Positions 39,696 to 52,284 of a stretch of 55,915 nt of DNA are shown here, in pieces. Origin of the DNA: Eledone cirrhosa (lineage: Eukaryota); assembly GCA_964016885.1 (NCBI GenBank), contig CAXHJY010001259.1:1-55915 (forward strand). Direction: 5' to 3'. The notes beneath the pieces were generated by a model. That model searched no databases. It had not been told where the DNA came from and saw nothing but the letters and a program-made list of their open reading frames with translations. The position numbers and the translations under genes were made by a program. Numbering within the stretch: the first letter of the stretch is position 1; every line of letters begins with the position of its first letter.

Positions 39696-39782
39696 AGGTC
39701 CGTCGAGCTGCGGATTATTGAGCCGGGTAGGATCGATATAGATCAAACCTTGAGCTGATCAGTGGCGAAACGCGCGTCACCT
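39696..39782 (+). ncRNA. Variant or degenerate hammerhead motif in island 39606-39832
   Basis: AGGT-CCGTCGA-GCTGC...GTGGC-GAAA-CGCGCG-TC-ACCT. Palindromic stem III, GUC triplet and a long stem II; the core deviates at positions 4 and 6; AATAAA follows. Confidence 0.62.
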
Positions 39783-39834
39783 ATCAATAAATGCAATGAA
39801 GGAATAATCAATCGTCCTTTTTATCCTTTCTATA

Positions 39835-40164
39835 TCATCATTTCATTTTACGTCCGCTTTTCCCTGCTTGCAAGGGTGGGACAGGAACTGATTCTGGCTT
39901 GATTTCTACAGCTGGATGCCCTTCCTAACACCAACCTCATTTACAGTGAGTGCTGGGTGCTTTTTTGCCGTGGCACCTCCACGACCACTTTACAGTGGAA
40001 TGATATGGACCCCCAGTCCTTATCATCTCATTTCTACAGCTGAGTAAACTGGAGCAATGTGAAATAAAGTGTCTTGCTCAAGGAAACAACACATCACCCG
40101 GTCTGAGAATTGAACTCACAACCTTTCGATTGCAAGGCCAATGCTCTAACCACTAAGCCATGTG

Positions 40165-40168
<4 letters not shown>
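39835..40168 (-). mobile_element. CORE-type tRNA SINE copy
   Basis: Reverse-complement match to the 7024 copy. Confidence 0.88.
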
Positions 40169-40201
<33 letters not shown>

Positions 40202-40206
40202 CTCTC

Positions 40207-40984
40207 TATATGATAAACACAAAACGTGTTTATATTGCAACAGACAAAGTTAGCTAGCAATGAAATAAACTAATTAAAGTGAATACAATTTGTCTGTCTC
40301 GATATAAGTCAATAAAGACAAGCTTATATTGGCAAAAGCCGTGATTCCTGGACAAATTTAAATTTCAAAATCCAAACCCGCTCCGTAGATGAATTTGAAC
40401 TTCGAAACCCAAATATGTTTCGCAACGATGGTACATGAATTGAAAAATAAAGAGAATCGAAATGGAATTGAAATAAAAAGTGAAATATCCAAATCTTCTG
40501 TGCTTATCAACAGGAATCAGGTAAAATTAGTACATTCCACCTTCAAAAATTTTGCAGGTCTGATTACACGTGGTGTAGCCAGCCAAACTAGCCGTCCCGC
40601 ATTCCCGGTGCTAGAAATAACAGCCGTTTATACAGGATTAAAGATCAGCTCTACAGTTAAGGAGCAATATACTATATTATATTTTGAGCACAGAAGATTT
40701 GGATATTTCACTTTTTATTTCAATTCCATTTCGATTCTCTTTATTTTTCAATTCATGTACCATCGTTGCGAAACATATTTGCGTTTCGAAGTTCAAATTC
40801 ATCTATGGAGCGGGTTTGGATTTTGAAATTTAAATTTGTCCAGGAATCACGGCTTTTGCCAATATAAGCTTGTCTTTATTGACTTATATCGAGACAGACA
40901 AATTGTATTCACTTTAATTAGTTTATTTCATTGCTAGCTAACTTTGTCTGTTGCAATATAAACACGTTTTGTGTTTATCATATA
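40207..40984. repeat. Foldback element with 298 bp inverted arms and a 182 bp spacer
   Basis: Arms at 40207-40504 and 40687-40984 with 2 mismatches seen; TATA at both ends; no recognisable protein. Confidence 0.9.
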
Positions 40985-40989
40985 TATTT

Positions 40990-42527
40990 TAGAAAACTAG
41001 GCGTTGACGAATGGCTTGTGAGGGCTATACAAGCCATGTATAAAGAAACAGTCAGCATGGTTAGAATTAACAACGAATATAGTGAAGAGTTTAGCGTAAA
41101 AGTTGGCGTCCATCAGGGCTCTGTTCTCAGCCCCCTACTATTTATTATTGCCCTTCAGGCTATAACAGAGGAGTTCAAGACAGGCTGCCCATGGGAACTC
41201 CTATACGCAGACGACCTGACACTCATAGCGGAATCAATGGCCGAGCTAGAGAAGAAATTCCAAACATGGAAGCACGGCCTAGAGTCAAAAGGACTTAAAA
41301 TTAACCTGGCTAAGACCAAAGTTCTAGTTTGTAGGAAAGAAAACAAGGCGGCGGTCCCTTCTGGGAAATGGTCGTGCTCGGTGTGTAGGAAAGGCGTAGG
41401 TAGAAACTCCATTTTATGTCCTAAATGCAAAGTATGGGTGCATAAAAGATGTAGTGGGATCACAGGTAAGCTAACTAAGAACATAGATTTTACATGTGGC
41501 CGGTGTTCTGGTGCAATAAGTAGCAGCAAGTGCCCACAAAATACTAGCTCTTTCAATTGCGCAGAGGGTTCTATAGAAATAGTGGACAGCTTCCGTTACC
41601 TGGGCGATAAAATCAGCAGTGGGGGAGGGTGCTCTGAAAGTACTGTAGCTAGAGTCAGAACTGGTTGGAAAAAGTTCAGAGAGCTTATACCACTATTAGC
41701 TGCTAAAGGGTTCTCCCTAAAAATGAAAGGCAGGTTGTACGATGCCTGCATACGAACAGCAATGTTGCATGGTAGTGAGACCTGGGCATTGTGTGCAGAG
41801 GATATACGCAGACTAGAGAGGAACGAAGCTTGCATGCTCCGCTGGATGTGTAACAGTAATATACGTGAACGGCAAAGCATAAACGAACTAAGGAAAAAAT
41901 TAGAGATAAGAGGGATCAGATGTTGTTTACTCGAGAGAAGGCTGCGTTGGTATGGACACGTGATGCGCATGAAAGTCGATAGCTGTATAACAAAGTGCAG
42001 GGCAATAAAGATAGACGGTAGCCACGGAATAGGCAGACCTAGAAAAACATGGGATGAGCTGATAAACTCCGACCTCACACACTTACACCTCTCCAAGACA
42101 ATGTCACTGGACCGAGACCTTTGGCGGTACTCAGTAACAGAGAAGACCCGCCTTGCCAGTAGGCATCTCTAACAAAATACACCCCGTCCCGCCACCACCC
42201 CCACCCCATCCACACCACCCCGTTCTATGTAAAGTTATGTTGGTGCCGCGCCATCCAGGCCGAAACAAATGAGATCGTGTAGGTGTCACGACAAAAAAAC
42301 ACACAGTCCACGCTGTAATGTGGCCGTGTAGGCAACACGGTAAAAACCTCCCAGACCCACACTGTAAATGTGGTTGGTGTTAGGAAGGGCATCCAACTGT
42401 AGAAAACCTGCCAGACAGTCCTATGCGAGCAAGACAATCACTCTTGCCTCAAGTGGGACTACCCCCGTCCAAACCCATGCAAGAGTGGAACACGGACGTT
42501 AAACGTTGATGATGATAATGATGATGA
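40990..42527 (+). mobile_element. Young 5'-truncated RTE with an uninterrupted RT C-terminal ORF
   Basis: ORF 40931-42172 has HQGSVLSPLLF, LLYADD, the zinc finger and the thumb. Its first ~20 codons come from the flanking foldback. Confidence 0.95.
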
Positions 42528-43028
42528 TTTTCACTGCTCAGAAATGCCTCTTTCTTGGAGCTGATTAATTGTAAATGACTAAGAGTTTAATCTCAAAATA
42601 TAATATAGTATATATATATATATATATATATATGTCAAGACTACCTAATGGTTTTCTTGTTTTCCCTCTTCATTTTTGTCTTTTGGTGTCTTTACCTGAC
42701 CTTTTTTCTGTTTCTCCATTGTGATCCTGTCTCTACTTGTACTCCCGAAGAAGGGCTTAAGCATGACACGTCAAACTTTCTTCACTCTTTCTAATATAAA
42801 GCGTGAAACTAATAAAACTTTTTGTACCTCTGTTTGTTGTCTCCTTGAACTATATATATATATATATATATAACGAAGGAATTGTGGTAAGGAACCAGAT
42901 GGACCATAACGCACCAGAGTACTCAATACTTAGGGTAGTAGAGTGGGTAATAGGTCCAGAAATAGCCTCCGAAACGGCTTGAGCTCTGCCGTCGGGGTCA
43001 TACTTTTTCCTATATATATATATATATG

Positions 43029-43362
43029 ATGGCACATGGCTTAGTGGTTAGAGCATTGGCCTTGCAATCGAAAGGTTGTGAGTTCAATTCTCAGACCGGG
43101 TGATGTGTTGTTTCCTTGAGCAAGACACTTTATTTCACATTTCTCCAGTTTACTCAGCTGTAGAAATGAGATGATAGGGACTGGGTTCCCTATCATTCCA
43201 CTGCAAAGTGGTCGTGGAGGTGCCACGGCATAAAAGCACCCAGCACTCACTGTAAATGAGGTTGGTGTTAGGAAGGGCATCCAGCTGTAGAAATCAAGCC
43301 AGAATCAGTTCCCGTCCCACCCTTGCAAGCAGGGAAAAGCAGATGTAAAATGATGATGATGA
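43029..43362 (+). mobile_element. CORE-type tRNA SINE copy
   Basis: Match to the 7024 copy. Confidence 0.88.
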
Positions 43363-43378
43363 TATGATGATTATGATG

Positions 43379-43417
<39 letters not shown>

Positions 43418-43480
43418 TAGATTGAGTTAGAAACTCAAAATAGTCTTTTACAATTAAATAGTATATATATTACAATTAAA

Positions 43481-45626
43481 AGACATGACAAAGTGTTTGT
43501 TGTAAACACTAAATCCCTCCCCACGTGAAGAATGCACCTCCCAACATAGCCTAGTAGATAGTGACCTCATAGTCAGAAATAGACGTACTCGATGACAGAG
43601 GAGGCCTACGTTGAGGAGAAGAATATGGAAGTTGAAGGACACCATAGCCAGTGACAAATTTAAAAGCTTATTACTTGATGCCTTTGACAATAAGGAAGAG
43701 CAATTAGAGACGTGCAATATAGAGGAACAGTGGGAATTCTTGAAAATGAACCTGCTGAAAGCAACGGATGAAATCTGTAGCTGGAGCAGAGTAACGTGGT
43801 GGTGGAACAGTAAGGGGGAGGAGACAATCAAGGCCAAAAAGCAGGCTTGGACAGTATGGCAGGATGGAGGAAGTAGAGAACACTATCAAGTGGCCAGGAA
43901 GGAAGCTAGGAGACAAGTGTAGCTTGCAAACAGGGAAGCAGAGGATAGAAAGTTCAAGCATGTTCTACAACATGAGGACCAAAAACGTGAGGTGTTCAGG
44001 ATTGCTAGACAATGTGTCAAGGAAAACCGTGATATTGTTGGGGAGAAGTGTGTCTGTAATGATAATGGTGTACTTGCCCTCACTGATACTGATAAGAAGA
44101 TAGCCTGGAAGTGTCACTACGAGAGACTGTTAAATGAGGAGAATAAATGGGAAAAAGATAGTCTGCGACAAATGGATCCAATAGAAGGACCAGCTGTGCA
44201 AGTTAAAGGTAGTATAATAAGTAAGGCAATCAAAGATATGAAGACAGGCAAAGCAGCTGGGCCTTCAGAGATAGTTGCTGAGGTATTGAAGGAATCTGGA
44301 ATGGTGGGACATACTATGGTCACCCATATAGTTAACCATGTAATACAGAATGGGGTCATACCAAAAGACTGGCGTAGCAGCATCATCATTAACTGCTACA
44401 AGGGTAAAGGGGATGCTCTAGATAGGGGAAACTATAGAGGCATTAAGCTAGTTGACCAGGTCATGAAGGTTACAGAAAGAGTTTTAGTTGCTCTTTTATG
44501 TCCCAAATGCAAATTATGGGTACATAAAAGATGTAGTGGGATCACAGGGAAACTATCTAAGAACATAGACTTTATATGTGGCCGATGCTCAGGTGCAATT
44601 AGTAGCAAGTTCTCACAGGATACTAGCTCCTTCTATTGCCCAGATGGTTCTATAGAAATAGTTGACACCTTCCATTACCTGGGTGATGAAATCAGCAGAG
44701 GTGGAGGGTGTTCTGAGAGTACAGTAGCCAGAGTCAGAACGGGATGGAAAAAGTTCAGAGAGCTTATACCACTGTTGGCTACAAAAGGTTTCTCTCTAAA
44801 AATGAAAGGCAGATTGTATGATGCCTGTATACGAACAGCAATGCTACATGGCAGTGAGACATGGGCATTGTGTGCAGAGGACCTGCGCAAACTGGAAAGC
44901 ATGCATGCTCTGTTGGATGTGTAATAGTAATATACGTGAACGGCAAAGCATAAATGAACTAAGTGAGAAATTAGGAATAAGAGGGATCAGATGCTGTTTA
45001 CTCGAGAGAAGACTACGTTGGTATGGCCACGTGATGCGCATGGAAGACGACAGCTGTATAAAAAAGTGCAGGGCGATCAAAATTGTTGGTAGTTACAAAG
45101 TAGGTAGACCCAGAAAAACCTGGGACGATCTGATAAATTCCGACCTTACACACTTGCACCTCTCTAAGACAATGTCACTGGACCAAGATCTTTGTGCGCC
45201 ACGCAGTAATACAGAAGACCCACCTTGCCTATGTACAAAGTGAAACCTACAGTCAGTAGGCACCTCTTAACCAAATATACATTCCAATCCACTACCCTAT
45301 CCACCCACTCCCACCAACACCACCCTCTCTCTGTAAAGTCGGTACCACAACATCCAGTCCAAGTAAATGATATAATCGAGATCATGTAGGTGTCACAACA
45401 AAAAACACACAGTCCATGCTATAATGTGGCCGTGTAGGTAACACGGTAAAAAGTTCCCAGTTCCACACTGTAAATGTGGTTGGTGTTAGGAAGGGCATCC
45501 AGCCGTAGAAAACCTGCCAGATAGTCCTAGATGAACGAGACACGGTCACCCGACCAACTTTGTCTCAAGTGGGACATCTCCCATGCTAGCGTAGAAGATG
45601 GACGTTAAACGAAGATGATGATGATA
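43481..45626 (+). mobile_element. RTE copy with an internal deletion of the RT core
   Basis: Includes the EN-end/linker (TWWWN) and NYRGIKL, then jumps directly to LCPKC near 44490. TATATATTACAATTAAA flanks both sides (possible TSD). Confidence 0.9.
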
Positions 45627-45655
45627 AAGATTACAATATATATTACAATTAAATA

Positions 45656-45689
<34 letters not shown>

Positions 45690-45693
<4 letters not shown>

Positions 45694-46392
45694 GACTGAG
45701 AGTGAACATAGCTAAGACAAAAGTGTTGATATTAGAAAAGAGGACAATACTCCGATTCCATCAGGGAAATGGCCATGTTCGATATGTAAGAAAGGAACTA
45801 GCTTAAATTCCATAAAATGTACGCAATGCAGATCTTGGGTACACAGGAGATGTAGTGGGATAGCAGGCAAACTAACATGTAGGGAAAACTACTTATGCAG
45901 TAGATGTACAGGGAAAGTTGGCAGTATATATGATGCCTGTATGAGATGCGCGATGCTGCATGGTAGTGAGATATGGGCGGCAACTGCAGAGGATATGCAA
46001 CGGCTGGAGAGAAATGAAGCAAGTATGCTCCGTTGGATGTGCAATGTCAATGTGAGTGAACGACTAAGCATGGACGAGTTGAGAAAGAAACTGGGTACAA
46101 GAGGAATAAGTTGTGGTGTGCAGGAGAGATGGCTGAGATGGTATGGGCATGTGATGCGCATGGATGATGACCGCTGGGTAAAGAAGTGCAAAGAAATCCC
46201 AGTAGAAAGATGCAGAAGAAGTAGACCACGTAAAACATGGGCGGAGGTGGTGAGAGCAGACCTCAGATCGCTGAAACTCACCGAGGAGATGACGAAGGAC
46301 CGTGACAAGTGGAGAGATGCTGTGCTGAATAGGACCCGTCCAACCCTTGCAAGCAGGGAAAAGCGGACGTAAAATGATGATGATGACGATGA

Positions 46393-46395
<3 letters not shown>
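45690..46395 (+). mobile_element. RTE fragment, third subfamily with a very short 3' UTR
   Basis: MLHGSEIW...RWYGHVMR...RPRKTW; ends CCCTTGCAAGCAGGGAAAAGCGGACGTAAAATGATGATG. Confidence 0.85.
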
Positions 46396-46430
<35 letters not shown>

Positions 46431-46578
46431 GATTGAGTTAGAAACTCAAAATAGTCCTTTACAATTAATTAGTATTTTTTCAACCTAGCTAACTTGGTCA
46501 TTTGCAATTCGAACACATGTATACTTGTATCAGTGTTCATACCTCTCATATATTCAATTATATATATGTATATATATA

Positions 46579-47464
46579 CAGGGTGCGGACGATATTTGTT
46601 CGCAAGATTACTGTCTAGGAAAAAATAACACAGTAGTTTTATTTTTTAAGATATATTTATCAAACTTGGATCAGTTTGTCTTCATGACTTGTTCTTTCGA
46701 TCTCACTTGATAAACCCGCCATTGGCTTTGATGACGGCCTCAAGGCGGCCTCGGAACTGGCTACAGGCCTTCGTCACTGTCCCCCAACTTAGGCCCCTAA
46801 AGGCACTTGTGATCGTGGCCTTCAGATTGTCTTTCGTATTGCAGCCAGATCTGTTGGTGTCTCGTTCCACTGCGCCCCACACAAAGAAGTCGAGGGGGTT
46901 GCAGTCAGGCGAGCTGTGAGGCCAGATGTCAGGTGAAGTGTGGTCGACGAAGTTCTCTGATAGCCAGGCTTGGGTCTTTCGGCTGGTATGGCAGGGTCTT
47001 TGCTGCCACACGTACGGCCTATCTCCAGCTACCTGGTCGATCCAGGCCTTTACTACCTCACTCAGAACGCGGATGTAGCCATCGGTGTTCAGCTTGAGGC
47101 CCTCAGGATAGAACTCGGGCGTTCTGAAGGCGTCAGGTCGTCGATCATGTGTTTTCCTCTCTGATGTTGCTTCGTAGTCGAATCCTGAATCTTCCAATTC
47201 CTTTCTGACCTTTTTCACCATTCTCCTGCTGATGCTGAGAAAGTCTGAAATATCCTTATTTGTCCTCCCGGCGCGATTACAAGACGAACTCCGTGTCTCT
47301 TCCACAAATTTGGAGGTTCAAAATTATTCATAATCAATTATTCTGAAAATAAATAATGGAAATATAGTCACTGTTTATATGAAGACAAGAGTGACAATGG
47401 AAGTAAAAAAAATTTGCATATAATTAGCAGTTGAAAATTGCGAACAAATATCGTCCGCACCCTG
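46579..47464 (-). mobile_element. Tc1/mariner (probably DD37D/maT) internally deleted element
   Basis: Perfect 27 bp TIR CAGGGTGCGGACGATATTTGTTCGCAA and a TA TSD. The ORF has WPHSSPDCNPLDFFVW; the second catalytic D is deleted, so the spacing is inferred. Confidence 0.88.
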
Positions 47465-47467
47465 TAT

Positions 47468-49750
47468 ATCATCATCATCATCATCATCATCAACGTTTAA
47501 CGTCCGTGTTCCACACTTGCATGGGTTTGGACGGGGGTTTTCCCACTTGAGGCAAGAGTGATTATCTTGCTCGCATAGGACTATCTGGCGGGTTTTCTAC
47601 AGTTGGATGCCCTTCCTAACACCAACCACATTTACAGTGTAGGGCTGGGAGGTTTTTACCATGTTGCCTACACGCCCACATTACAGCATGAACTGTGTGT
47701 TTTTTTGTCGTGACACCTACACGATCTCATTTGTTTCGGCCTGGATGTTGTGGCACCAACATAACTTTACATTGAAAGGGGCGGTGTGGATGGGGTGGGG
47801 GTGGTGGGAGGGGGTGTATTTTGTTAGAGATGCCTAATGACTGTAGTAGGTTTTACTTTGTATTTAGGTAAGGCGGGTCTTCTCTATTACTGAGTACCGC
47901 CAAAGGTCTCGGTCCAGTGACATTGTCTTGGAGAGGTGTAAGTGTGTGAGATCAGAATTTATCAGCTCGTCTCAGGTTTTTCTGGGTCTGCCTATTCCGT
48001 GGCTACCGTCTATCTTTATTGCCCTGCACTTTGTTATACAGCTATCGTCTTTCATGCGCATCACGTGACCATACCAACGTAGCCTTCTCTCGAGTAAACA
48101 ACATCTGATCCCTCTTATTTCTAATTTTTTCCTTAGTTCGTTTATGCTTTGCCGTTCACGTATATTACTATTACACATCCAGCGGAGCATGCAAGCTTCG
48201 TTCCTCTCTAGTCTGCGTATATCCTCTGCACACAATGCCCAGGTCTCACTGCTATGCAACATTGCTGTTCGTATGCAGGCATCATACAACCTGCCTTTCA
48301 TTTTTAGGGAGAACCCTTTAGCGGCTAATAGTGGTATAAGCTCTCTGAACTTTTTCCATCCAGTTCTGACTCTAGCTACTGTACTTTCAGAGCACCCTCC
48401 CCCACTGCTGATTTTGTCACCCAGGTAACGGAAGCTGTCCACTATTTCTATAGAACCCTCTGCGCAATTGAAAGAGCTAGTATTTGTGGGCACTTGCTGC
48501 TACTTATTGCACCAGAGCACCGGCCACATGTAAAATCTATGTTCTAAGTTAGCTTACCTGTGATCCCACTACATCTTTTATGCACCCATACTTTGCATTT
48601 GGGACACAAAATGGAGTTTCTACCTACGCCTTTCCTACACACTGAGCATGGCCACTTCCCGGAAGGGACCGCTGCCTTATTTTCTTTCTTACAAACTAGA
48701 ACTTTAGTCTTAGCCAGGTTAATTTTAAGGCCTTTTGATTCTAGGCCGTGCTTCAATGTTTGGAATTTCTTCTCTAGCTCGACCATTGATTCAGCTATGA
48801 GCGTTAGATCATCTGCGTATAGGAGTTCCCATGGGCAGCCGGTCTTGAACTCCACTGTTATAGCCTGGAGGGCAATAATAAATAGTAGGGGGCTAAGAAC
48901 AGAGCCCTGATGAACACCAACTTTTACACTAAACTCTTCACTATATTCGGTGTTAATTCTAACCTTGCTGACTGTTTCTTTATACATGGCTTGTATAGCT
49001 CTCACAAGCCATTCGTCAACACCTAGTTTTCTAAGAGCCCACCAGATAATGGAATGGGGGATTCTGTCGAAGGCTTTCTCCAAGTTGACAAAAGCTAAGT
49101 ATAGGGGTTTACTTTTAGCTAGGTACTTCTCCTGTAGTTGTCGTACAATGAAAAGAGCGTCTGTGGTACTTTTGCCTGACACAAACCCGAACTGCATTTC
49201 ATCTAGATCAATTCTCTCTCTGATTAGTTGCGCTATTACTTTTTCCGTGACCTTCATGACCTGGTCGATTAATTTAATGCCTCTATAGTTACTCCTATCT
49301 AGGGCATCTCCTTTACCCTTATAACAGTTAACGATGATGCTGCTACGCCAGTCCTTCGGAACAACTCCATTCTGTACGACTTGGTTAACTATCCGGGTGA
49401 CCATGGTGTGTCCCACCGTACCAGATGCCTTCAGCATCTCGGCAACTATTTCCGAAGGCCCAGCCGCCTTACCCGTCTTCATATCTTTGATTGCCTGACT
49501 TATTGTACTACCCTCGACTAACACTGCTGGTCCCTCTATTGGGTCGATGTGGGGGAGACTGTCTTTCTCCCATTTATTCTCCTCATTTAGTAGCCTTTCA
49601 TAGTGACACCTCCAAGCTACCTTCTTATCAGCATCAGTGATGGCAAGTACACCATCATCATTAAGGACACACTTCTCCCCGACAATATCACGGTTTTCCT
49701 TGACACATTGCCTAGCAATCCTGAACACCTCACGTTTTTGGTCCTCGCGT
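47468..49750 (-). mobile_element. RTE copy with the near-complete RT domain (two stops, one frameshift)
   Basis: ORFs 48544-49728 and 47972-48493, followed by the 3' UTR and an (ATG)n tail. Confidence 0.95.
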
Positions 49751-49774
49751 TGTATATATATATATATATATATA

Positions 49775-51708
49775 TCATCATCATTATCGTTTAACGTCTA
49801 TCTTCCATGCTAGCATGGGTTTAGATGGAAATTGTCCCACTTGAGGCAAGATTGGTCGTCTCGCTCATATGGGACTGTCTGGCAGGTTTTCTACAGCTGG
49901 ATGCCCTTCCTAACACCAACCATGTTTACAGTGTGGACTGGGAGGTTTTTACCGTGTTACCTACACGGCAACATTACAGCGTGGACTGAGTTTTCTTTTG
50001 TCGTGACACCGACATGTCCTCATTTATTTAGGACTGGATGTTGTGGTACCAACATAACTTTACAGAGAAAGGGGTGGGGGAGTTGGGGTAGTGGGATGGG
50101 GGTGTATATTTGATTAAGAGGTGCCTACTGACTGTAGGTTTTGCTTTGTACATAGGCAAGGCGGGTCTTCTGTATTACTGCGTAGCGCCAAAGATCTTGG
50201 TCCAGTGACATTGTCTTAGAGAGGTGTAAGTGTGTAAGGTCGGAATTTATCAAATCGTCCCAGGTTTTTCTGGGTCTGCCTACTCCGTAACTTCCATCAA
50301 TTTTGATCGCCCTGCACCTTTTTATACAGCTGTCGTCTTTCATGCACATCACGTGACCATACCAACGTAGTCTTCTCTTGAGTAAACAGCATCTGATCCC
50401 TCTTATGCCTAATTTCTCACTTAGTTCATTTATGCTTTACTGTTCATGTATATTACTATTACACATCCAACAGAGCATGTATGCTTCGTTCCTTTCCAGT
50501 CTGTGCAGGTCCTCTGCACACAATGCCCAAGTCTCACTGCCATGTAACATTGCTGTTCGTATGCATGCATCATACAATCTGCCTTTCATTTTTAGAGAGA
50601 AACCTTTAGTGGCTAAAAGGGCAATAATAAATAGGAGGGGGCTAAGGAAGGAGCCTTGATGAACACCAACTTTTATGCTAAATTCTTCACTATATTCGTA
50701 GTTAATTCTAACCTTGCTGACTGTTTCTTTATACATGGCTTGTATAGCTCTCATAAGCCATTCATCAACCCCTAGTTTTCTAATGGCCCACCAGATAATG
50801 GCACGGCGGACTCTGTCAAAGGCTTTCTCCAAGTCAACAAAAGGTAAGTATAGGGATTTACTTTTAGCTAGGTACTTCTCCTGTAGTTGTCATAGAAGGA
50901 AAAGAGCGTCTGTGATACTTTTACCTGGCACAAACCCGAACTGCATTTCATCTAGATCAATTCGCTCTCTGATTAGTTGTGCTATAACTTTTTCTGTGAC
51001 CTCCATGATCTACTCAATTAATTTAATGCCTCTATAGTTTCCCCTATCTAGGGCATCTCCTCTACCCTTGTAGCAGTTAATGATGATGCTGCTACGCCAG
51101 TTGTTTGGTATGACTCCATTCTGTATGACTTGGTTTACTATCCGGGTGACCATAGTGTGTACCACCGTTCCAGATGCTTTCAGCATTTCAGCAACTATCT
51201 CCGAAGGCCCAGCTGCCTTGCCTATCTTCATATCTTTGATTGCCTTACTTATACTACCTTAAACTTGCACTGCTGGTCCCTCTATTGGATCGATTTGGGG
51301 CAGACTATCTTTTTCCCATTTATTCTCCTCATTTAGTAGCCTCCCGTAGTGACACTTCCAAGCGACCTTCTTATCAGTATCAGTGAGGGCAAGTACACCA
51401 TCATCATTACGGACACACTTCTCCCCAACAATATCACAGTTTTCCTTGACACATTGCCTAGCAATCCTGAACACCTCTCGTTTTTGGTCCTTGCATTGTA
51501 GAACATGCTTGAACTTTCTATCCTCTGCTTCCCTTTTTGCAAAGTACACTTGTCTCCTGGCCACTTGATAGTGTTCTCTACTTTCCCCATCCCACCATAC
51601 TTTCCAAGCCTGCTCTTTGGCCTTGATTGACTCCACCTTATTGTTCCACCACCAAGTTACTCTCCTTTTGCCTATAGGTCTGCTCCACCCACAGATTTAA
51701 TCTGTCGC
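49775..51708 (-). mobile_element. RTE copy with an internal deletion (YADD and zinc finger lost)
   Basis: ORFs 51259-51636, 51010-51231, 50437-50832 (junction IIAL|LATKG) and 50125-50352. Confidence 0.9.
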
Positions 51709-51754
51709 ATGTGTGTGTGTGTATGTATATATATATATATATATATGAATATAT

Positions 51755-52093
51755 GGAGGCACATGGCTTAGTAGTTAGAGCATTGGCCTTGCAATCGAAA
51801 GGTTGTGAGTTCAATTCTCAGACCGGGTGATGTGTTGTTTCCTTGAGCAAGACACTTTATTTCACATTGCTCCACAGTTTACTCAGCTGTAGAAATGAGA
51901 TGATGGGGACTGGGGTCCCTATCATTCCACTGCAAAGTCGTCATGGAAGTGCCATGGCAAAAAAGCACCCAGCACTCACTGTAAATGAGGTTGGTGTTAG
52001 GAAGGGCATCCTTCCTGTAGAAATCAAGCCAGAATCAGTTCTCGTCTCACCCTTGCAAGCAGGGAAAAGCGGATGTAAAGTGATGATGATGAT
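51755..52093 (+). mobile_element. CORE-type tRNA SINE copy
   Basis: Match to the 7024 copy. Confidence 0.88.
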
Positions 52094-52170
52094 ATGAATG
52101 TGTATGTATGTATGTATTTATATATGTGTGTGTGTGTATGAATATGCTTTTATATATGTGTTTATTCATG

Positions 52171-52202
<32 letters not shown>

Positions 52203-52284
52203 GGTATAAATATGATTATATGTATTATATAAGCTTATACACCCTCAATTTTAGATATACTTGTATATAATTCTAATTGTTTAG

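Noticed and set aside
40389-40826. 145 aa ORF within the foldback
   Set aside because: No recognisable motif; it crosses both arms and is probably fortuitous.
42740-42780. Possible hammerhead CCGAAGA...GACACGTC in TA-flanked island 42634-42850
   Set aside because: GAAA is absent and there is no convincing stem I. It may be a decayed cassette but is not supportable from this copy.
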